The notes under the pieces are model-generated. The model did not search any database. It was not told the DNA's origin and was given only the letters and a program-made list of their open reading frames with translations. From contig CAUTNH010000001.1 of NCBI GenBank assembly GCA_963540225.1, positions 1 through 60,132 of the forward strand: DNA of 60,132 bases. The letters run 5' to 3'. This document shows positions 54,313 through 60,132 of this stretch, in pieces; positions within the stretch are counted from its first letter, which is position 1; the number at the start of each line of letters is the position of its first letter. Source of the stretch: an uncultured Acholeplasmataceae bacterium. GTDB taxonomy: Bacteria; Bacillota_I; Bacilli_A; Acholeplasmatales; Acholeplasmataceae. The position numbers were made by a program, and so were the translations under genes.

Positions 54313-56460
54313 CTATTTAGTTTTAGACTTGTTTTCTTTTCTAGAGTCTTTTTTAGAATCGTTTAAAGCATCTTTTCTTGATAGATCAATTCTTCCTTGA
54401 TTATCAATATCAATACATTTAACAATAACTTGATCACCAATTTTTAAAACACTTTCAACTTTTTCAATTCTTTCATTAGCTATTTTTGATATATGTAAAA
54501 GTCCTTCACAACCAGGCCATAATTCAACAAATGCACCATAGTTTTCAATTCTTTTTACAACACCCTCATATACTTCTCCAACCTTAGCCTCTCTTACTAA
54601 ATCAGAAATTGTATTTAATGTTTTATTAACTACATCAAGTGATTCATGCATAATATAAATTTTTCCATCTTGTTCAATGTCTATTTTTACATTATCATTA
54701 TCTTCAATAATCTTATTTATAACTTTTCCGCCAGCACCAATAACATCTTTTATCTTATCAGGGTTTATTAAAAGCATTTTAACTTTTGGAGCATATTTAG
54801 AAACTTTATCTCTTGGTGCTTTAATTGTATCAGTTATAACTTTTAAAATTTGCATTCTAGCCTCTTTTGCTTGTGCAAGGGCTTCTTTTAGGATCTTTTC
54901 ATTTATTCCTTTTATTTTTATATCCATTTGTAGTGCAGTAATACCTTTATCAGTTCCTGCAACTTTAAAATCCATATCACCAAGATGGTCTTCAAGACCT
55001 TGAATATCAGTTAAAATTGTATAATCTTTATCTTTTGCAATAAGTCCCATTGCAATTCCTGCGACAGGTGATTTAATAGGAACACCAGCAGCCATAAGTG
55101 ATAGTGTGGCAGAGCACACTGTTGCCATTGAGCTTGAACCATTAGATTCTAAAATTTCGGATACAACTCTTATAGTATATGGAAAATCATCTTCACTTGG
55201 TAAAATTGGTAGTATTGCTCTTCTTGCAAGATTACCATGACCTATTTCTCTTCTTCCAGGAGAACCATATTTTCCGGTCTCACCAACTGAAAAAGGCGGG
55301 AAATTATAATGAAGTAAAAATCTTTTCTTCTCTTCAAATGATAAATCATCAATAATTTGGCTATCAGCAAGTCCACCTAATGTAACAACTCCAAGTGATT
55401 GAGTTTGCCCACGAGTAAAAAGAGCACTACCATGAGGACGAGGCAGTAAATCTATTTTTGCAGATAGTGGTCTTATTTGATTTATCTTTCTTCCATCTGG
55501 TCTTATTTTATCTTTTGTAATTAGTTCTCTAAAAACAGTCTCAATAACATCTTCTATTGCTTGATCGTTTAAAAATTTATAATAGATTTCATCTTTTTCA
55601 TCTTTAATAAATTCTTTTGAACTTTGCATTAGCTCTTCCATATATTTTTCTTTTAAATTAAACATTGCCTCATCACGAGCTTGCTTGTCAAATACAAGTA
55701 GGGCTTTCTTAAATTCATCTCTTGTTTGTTTTAAAAGATCTTCTACTTTTTTACTATCTGCAATTATTAGTTTAGGTTCTGGTTTATTTGGTTTTAGTTC
55801 TTTAATAATTTTTTCTTGGAATTCAACGATTTTTTTAATTTCTTCATGAGCAAACATAATTGCCTCAAGCATAGTTTTTTCAGATACTTCAAATGCACCT
55901 GATTCAACCATATTTATTGCTTGTTTTGTTCCTGCAACTGATAGCTCAATTAAATTGTTTTCTAGTTTTTCAAAATTAGGATTTATTAAAAACTTTCCAT
56001 CCTTATATCCAATATTAACACCTGCGATAGGACCTTCAAAAGGAACTTCTGAAATCATTAAGGCAATACTTGAGCCAATTAAAGCCGCCATTTCAGTAGA
56101 CGCATCAGGATCACTTGAAATAACTGTATTAACTACTTGAACCTCATCTTGATATCCCTTTGGAAAAAGTGGTCTTATAGGTCTATCAATTACACGTGAT
56201 GCTAGTGTTTCTTTTTCTGTTGGTCTTCCTTCACGACGCAAAAATCCACCAGGTATTTTCCCACCTGCATATAATCTTTCTTGATAAATTACCATAAGAG
56301 GAAAAAAATCTCTTATCTCTTCTGATTCTTTATGGCAGACAGTTGATAATACTGCGCTTTCACCATATCTTACAAGACATGCTCCAGAGGCCTGCTTTGC
56401 AAGTTCTCCAAACTCTACAACAAGCACTCGTCCGCCTATTGTTGTTTCAAATTTTTTCAT
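54313..56460 (-). CDS. pnp: polynucleotide phosphorylase
   Basis: 715 aa with two RNase PH domains plus KH and S1 (..GEVYEGVVKRIENYGAFVEL..). Confidence 0.97.
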   Translation of the reverse strand: MKKFETTIGGRVLVVEFGELAKQASGACLVRYGESAVLSTVCHKESEEIRDFFPLMVIYQERLYAGGKIPGGFLRREGRPTEKETLASRVIDRPIRPLFPKGYQDEVQVVNTVISSDPDASTEMAALIGSSIALMISEVPFEGPIAGVNIGYKDGKFLINPNFEKLENNLIELSVAGTKQAINMVESGAFEVSEKTMLEAIMFAHEEIKKIVEFQEKIIKELKPNKPEPKLIIADSKKVEDLLKQTRDEFKKALLVFDKQARDEAMFNLKEKYMEELMQSSKEFIKDEKDEIYYKFLNDQAIEDVIETVFRELITKDKIRPDGRKINQIRPLSAKIDLLPRPHGSALFTRGQTQSLGVVTLGGLADSQIIDDLSFEEKKRFLLHYNFPPFSVGETGKYGSPGRREIGHGNLARRAILPILPSEDDFPYTIRVVSEILESNGSSSMATVCSATLSLMAAGVPIKSPVAGIAMGLIAKDKDYTILTDIQGLEDHLGDMDFKVAGTDKGITALQMDIKIKGINEKILKEALAQAKEARMQILKVITDTIKAPRDKVSKYAPKVKMLLINPDKIKDVIGAGGKVINKIIEDNDNVKIDIEQDGKIYIMHESLDVVNKTLNTISDLVREAKVGEVYEGVVKRIENYGAFVELWPGCEGLLHISKIANERIEKVESVLKIGDQVIVKCIDIDNQGRIDLSRKDALNDSKKDSRKENKSKTK

Positions 56461-56499
56461 TTTATATCTCCTTTTTTTAAAAAAAATAAGACTTATGTC

Positions 56500-56769
56500 T
56501 TATCTTCTTAGTCCTAATTTTTCAATTAACGCTTGGTATTTAGTAAGGCTTTTATCTTTTAAATAAGCAAGTAGTTTTTTTCTATGTCCTACTAAAACAA
56601 AAAGTCCACGTTTGCTGTGAAAATCTTTTGGATGTTCTTTTAAATGCTTATTTAATGCATTTATTTGCTCTGTTAAAAGTGCTACTTGAACCTCAGTTGA
56701 ACCAGTATCTTTTTTGCCTTGCGCAAATTCTTTAATAATTTTTTCTTTTTCTTCTTTTGTAAGTGCCAT
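56500..56769 (-). CDS. rpsO: 30S ribosomal protein S15
   Basis: [36 protein letters not shown].., 89 aa. Confidence 0.96.
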   Translation of the reverse strand: MALTKEEKEKIIKEFAQGKKDTGSTEVQVALLTEQINALNKHLKEHPKDFHSKRGLFVLVGHRKKLLAYLKDKSLTKYQALIEKLGLRR

Positions 56770-56879
56770 AATAATATCTCCTTTTCATAGCATATCCTAG
56801 TAATAGGTTGCACCATTCCTAAAACAAAGATAGCAATTTATACTTTTAAAGTATAACACAAATTTATTATTTATCAAAA

Positions 56880-57203
56880 TTAAAACTTTTTATACTTTTC
56901 AATATCTATTATAAAGCATGTTGCTCCACCTACTTCAACTTCAATTGGAAGTGATGAAAAAGCACCAAATTCATTAACAATAGTATTTGGAACAATAGCC
57001 TTTCTTTTTTTAGTATATTGCTCAATTAAATTTAGTGTTGAATCAACTAAATCATCCTCTACCCCAAGCAAAAATGTAGCATTCCTTGCCCTTAAAAAAC
57101 CACTTGTTGTAGAAAGTCTTGTTGCAATTAAGCCATTTTCAACAAATACTTTCTGAACTCTATTAGCATCATCGTTTGAAATTATTGCTATTATCATTTT
57201 CAT
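56880..57203 (-). CDS. darA: cyclic-di-AMP receptor, PII-like protein DarA/PstA
   Basis: MKMIIAIISNDDANRVQKVFVENGLIATRLSTTSGFLRARNATFLLGVED...VEVGGATCFII parallels B. subtilis DarA (YaaQ) along its whole length. Confidence 0.8.
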   Translation of the reverse strand: MKMIIAIISNDDANRVQKVFVENGLIATRLSTTSGFLRARNATFLLGVEDDLVDSTLNLIEQYTKKRKAIVPNTIVNEFGAFSSLPIEVEVGGATCFIIDIEKYKKF

Positions 57204-57204
57204 A

Positions 57205-58071
57205 TTATAAACCTTCTTCTTTTATTATTTTTAAAGATTCTTCTAAATCGTTATTTAGCTGATTTATTAAATCATATTTATTGTTAAATTTTATTTCATC
57301 TCTTAACTTTTTTAAATAAACTACTTTTACATTTTTATTATAAATATTTTTATTAAAATTTATAATATAAGCCTCTAGTCTTATTTTTTTTTGCATATTT
57401 ATGCTTGGATTATAGCCTATATTTATTATAGTATAATATCTTAAATCACCTATATAAATATATCCAAGATATACCCCGTTTGGAGGGATAACTTTATTCT
57501 TATAATCTATATTTGCTGTTCTATATCCTAGTTTTCTTCCTATTTTATTTCCCCTTACAACCTTACCTGATGTGTAAAAAGAATATCCTAGATATTTTTT
57601 TGCTAAAAAAATATCTCCTTCTTTTATAATTTTTTTTACCATTGTTGAAGAAACTTTATTATCATCAATATATAAATCAGGTGCAACTAACACATCAAAA
57701 TATTTTTTTAATAAAGTAATATCACCTTTATTATCTAACCCAAATTTAAAATCGCTTCCTGCTACAATTTTTTTAACTCCTACATTAGTTAAATAAGTGC
57801 AAAAAGAATCGGCAGTTATATTTTTTATATTTTTACTATATCTTATGACAATTAAATAATCTATTAAATTATTTTTAAAATATTCTATTTTATCGTTAAG
57901 TGATATTATTTCATTTTCATCTTTTAAATTATTTAAAAATGTAAAAACTACTTTCTTTTCGCTACTTTTTTTTAATATATTTATAACGTTTTTATGACCT
58001 GTATGAAAACCGTCAAAATTTCCTATTGTCGCAATAGAATTATTTATTTTTATTTTCTTTAATTTTTCCAA
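57205..58071 (-). CDS. ribF: bifunctional riboflavin kinase / FAD synthetase
   Basis: IGNFDGFHTGH and GRKLGYRTANI motifs; 288 aa. Confidence 0.9.
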   Translation of the reverse strand: MEKLKKIKINNSIATIGNFDGFHTGHKNVINILKKSSEKKVVFTFLNNLKDENEIISLNDKIEYFKNNLIDYLIVIRYSKNIKNITADSFCTYLTNVGVKKIVAGSDFKFGLDNKGDITLLKKYFDVLVAPDLYIDDNKVSSTMVKKIIKEGDIFLAKKYLGYSFYTSGKVVRGNKIGRKLGYRTANIDYKNKVIPPNGVYLGYIYIGDLRYYTIINIGYNPSINMQKKIRLEAYIINFNKNIYNKNVKVVYLKKLRDEIKFNNKYDLINQLNNDLEESLKIIKEEGL

Positions 58072-58094
58072 ATATATTATCTTTATAATATCAC

Positions 58095-58913
58095 CTACAA
58101 AATTAAAAGAGGTTTATAATCATTAGGTTTATTTTTTTTATATATTGCAACTAACTTATCATCACTTATTATTTGAATAAAATCACAATTATTATCTAGC
58201 ATAAGATGAACACCATTTTTTATTTTATCTAGCATATCATATTTGATTATATGTTTTTTTATATTTAAAATATCTAATACCTCTTCAATGCCATATTCTT
58301 TATTATTTTTTGCTAATTTAAACGGACCAATTTCTTCTCTTTTTAATTTATTGCAGGTTGCGATTGTATTATTATTTAGTTTTGCAAAATCCTCAATAAG
58401 TGTCCTAATATAAGTTCCTTTTGATACTTTAGCAATAAATCCATAACTAAAATTTTTTTTCTTTGATATATTAAAATCATATATTTTAACCTTTGTTGGT
58501 AAAATTGAAAAATCCATATTATTTCTTTTTAACTTATATGCAGAAATACCATTTATCTTTTTAGCCGAATATCCCGGTGGAACTTGCATATAAGTATAAT
58601 TTTTTAAACATACTATATTTTCCATATTTATATCTATATCATTTTCTAAAATTATGTTCCCTGTGATATCTGCTGTATCAGTTTTTATTTTAGCAATAAA
58701 TGAACCAGAATATTTTTTATCTAAATTTAAAAATAAATCAGATAATTTAGTAGCCCTGCCAATTAGAATAATAACAAGACCGCAAGCAAATGGATCAAGC
58801 GTTCCCGTATGACCTATTTTTATTTTTTTATTATCTATACTCTTTTTTATATCTCTTATTAAATCATAAGTGGTTATACCACTTTTTTTATTAACTAATA
58901 ATATTTTATCCAT
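58095..58913 (-). CDS. truB: tRNA pseudouridine(55) synthase
   Basis: GHTGTLDPFACGL catalytic Asp motif. Confidence 0.9.
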   Translation of the reverse strand: MDKILLVNKKSGITTYDLIRDIKKSIDNKKIKIGHTGTLDPFACGLVIILIGRATKLSDLFLNLDKKYSGSFIAKIKTDTADITGNIILENDIDINMENIVCLKNYTYMQVPPGYSAKKINGISAYKLKRNNMDFSILPTKVKIYDFNISKKKNFSYGFIAKVSKGTYIRTLIEDFAKLNNNTIATCNKLKREEIGPFKLAKNNKEYGIEEVLDILNIKKHIIKYDMLDKIKNGVHLMLDNNCDFIQIISDDKLVAIYKKNKPNDYKPLLIL

Positions 58914-59608
58914 TACTCAAGAGATTGCTTTAAATAAGAAAGTGCTGAAAGACAAGCACATTCAGCTTTTAAGATATTTTTTCCAAGTGAGATAATTTTA
59001 GCATTTTTTAACTTGCTAAAAAATGATATTTCACTATCACTAAAACCACCCTCAGGTCCAACTACAACTAAAATTTTATCTTTTTTATCTATTTCTTTTA
59101 TTAGATCTTTTAACATCAGATTTTTTTCATTTTCATAGCAGATAAAAATTTTATCAAAATTTTCAAAATCATACTCTTTTAAACTTTTATAATATGAAAT
59201 ATCAGGGTATTTAAATAAATTAGCAACCTCTGCAGCTTCTTTTGAAATTTTTATAATTCTTTCTTTTTTCTTTAAAAAGTCAAAGTTTTTTACTATTGTT
59301 CTATTAAAAGTAATAAAGTCTATTTTACATGCTCCAAACATAGTCGCATACTTTACTACAAACTCATTATTATCTTTTTTAAGTAGTCCTTGGAGAATAG
59401 TTATATCTAAATTAAAACTATCAATAAGCTTATCTATTTTTTTATAATATACATTATTATTTTTATAATATATCTCGCAAGTATAACATTCATTATTAAA
59501 ACAGACAACTACTTTGTCTTTGTTTTTTAACTTAATTACATCTTTTATGTGATGCGAATTTTCTTTATCAAATTGTCCTGTATCATCATTTATAAAATAT
59601 CTTTGCAT
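58913..59608 (-). CDS. rsmE: 16S rRNA (uracil1498-N3)-methyltransferase RsmE
   Basis: MQRYFI start and a C-terminal VVVGPEGGFSDSEI...ISLGKNILKAE SPOUT motif. Confidence 0.8.
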   Translation of the reverse strand: MQRYFINDDTGQFDKENSHHIKDVIKLKNKDKVVVCFNNECYTCEIYYKNNNVYYKKIDKLIDSFNLDITILQGLLKKDNNEFVVKYATMFGACKIDFITFNRTIVKNFDFLKKKERIIKISKEAAEVANLFKYPDISYYKSLKEYDFENFDKIFICYENEKNLMLKDLIKEIDKKDKILVVVGPEGGFSDSEISFFSKLKNAKIISLGKNILKAECACLSALSYLKQSLE

Positions 59609-59708
59609 TTTAACCTACTTTTATATATTATACACTCATTAAATAATTTAACATTAAAATTAAAATACAAAATATTTTTACATTTACATAAGTTTACTTA
59701 TTCTGTGA

Positions 59709-59939
59709 TTAAATATTTTTATTAAATATTGTGTTATATAAAAACTCAATATCTATTATTTTTTCAAGAAATGGTTGTAGTTTATTACCTAAACTTGACA
59801 ATAGAATTAAAAAAAACGAATAAGAAATATTATTTTTTTTAATAAGTGCATCATAAAGATACTTCGGATTTAAATTCGTGAGGTTTTGTTTGAGTTCTCT
59901 TTTAATTTTATTTTTTTCTATTTTAGATACCAAAATCAT
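59709..59939 (-). CDS. hypothetical small protein
   Basis: 76 aa with a strong SD (AGGAGGATAGT-ATG). No recognisable motif. Confidence 0.5.
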   Translation of the reverse strand: MILVSKIEKNKIKRELKQNLTNLNPKYLYDALIKKNNISYSFFLILLSSLGNKLQPFLEKIIDIEFLYNTIFNKNI

Positions 59940-60095
59940 ACTATCCTCCTATATTTTCTATAAATATAGTAGTAAATTATGAAAAAATTACTTTTTTAAT
60001 GCTATCTTATAATGTTAATGCAATTAAAGCTTTTTACAATTTTATGAAGTTAAAAGAGCCTTTAAAAATGTAATATGTTGGAGTTTAAAACTAGT

Positions 60096-60127
60096 TAGAA
60101 CATAAACTTTGAACTAGAGTCTAAATA
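60096..60127. repeat. copy 2 (inverted) of the repeat at 52121..52152
   Basis: The core cataaactttgaactagag lies at 60101..60119. This copy is near the right window edge and points outward. Confidence 0.85.
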
Positions 60128-60132
60128 AAAAG

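Noticed and set aside
56770-56879. A structured S15 autoregulatory leader or riboswitch upstream of rpsO.
   Set aside because: Only a short AT hairpin (TATACTTTTAAAGTATA) is visible, and it more likely terminates darA. I cannot support a specific regulatory fold without a covariance-model search.
52121-60127. The inverted repeats at 52.1 kb and 60.1 kb as the ends of a transposon or composite element.
   Set aside because: The enclosed 8 kb is mostly core housekeeping genes (pnp, rpsO, ribF, truB, rsmE). It has no transposase or integrase and no target-site duplication that I could see. It is reported instead as a promoter-proximal repeat.
1-60132. Possibility that the organism uses the Mollicutes code (TGA = Trp).
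   Set aside because: Several conserved genes end at TGA exactly where homologues end (rbfA, infB, thyA, pepV, hydE). Trp in conserved positions is TGG, and all conserved proteins are full length under the standard code.
1-60132. CRISPR arrays, toxin-antitoxin pairs, restriction-modification genes, integrases, or phage or IS remnants.
   Set aside because: No regularly spaced direct repeats and no ORFs with recognisable nuclease, methylase, recombinase or transposase motifs were found. The only candidates for accessory content are the DUF4143 ATPase islet and the lineage-specific envelope genes listed in the findings.

Overview
This is an AT-rich, gene-dense chromosomal window from a reduced low-GC Gram-positive or Mollicutes-like bacterium; the lineage cannot be fixed from sequence alone. 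It uses the standard code: TGA is a stop, Trp is TGG, and conserved proteins are full length. About 60 protein genes are present and nearly all are on the minus strand. Many have 1-nt or 4-nt stop/start overlaps (TAATG, ATGA). Core content: priA(partial)-rbfA-infB-ylxQ-nusA-rimP; rplT-rpmI-infC (infC has an ATT start); tRNA-Gly, tRNA-Cys, tmRNA and two tRNA-Arg; leuS behind cobB and an ACP gene; rpsL-rpsG-fusA-tuf; pepV-thyA-folA-plsC; a TM1266-like regulator with hydE-hydG-hydF but no hydA in the window; recA, pgsA, rpsT, holA; nagA-nagB; sdaA-trmK; pepC; coaD; and rsmE-truB-ribF-darA-rpsO-pnp. No transposase, integrase, CRISPR array or recognisable defence gene was found. Items worth a second look: (1) a peroxiredoxin fused to a 19-cysteine metallothionein-like N-terminal block; (2) a recurring TGnTATAAT-N6-ATG architecture with no Shine-Dalgarno at seven operon heads, which suggests leaderless mRNAs; (3) two perfect 16-bp palindromes 33 bp apart upstream of cobB-acp-leuS; (4) a 1390-aa membrane-anchored surface protein translationally coupled to a HeH/coiled-coil protein; (5) a lipoprotein paralog pair, one copy broken by a 1-nt shift at a homopolymer, headed by a small 4-TM protein that has a paralog heading another operon; (6) an exported protein with four CBM5/12-like repeats divergent from nagAB; (7) ribosomal protein L20 with a ~95-aa Lys-rich tail; (8) a PriA-like protein with a degenerate Walker A. 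All family calls rest on motifs read by eye. No database search was run.
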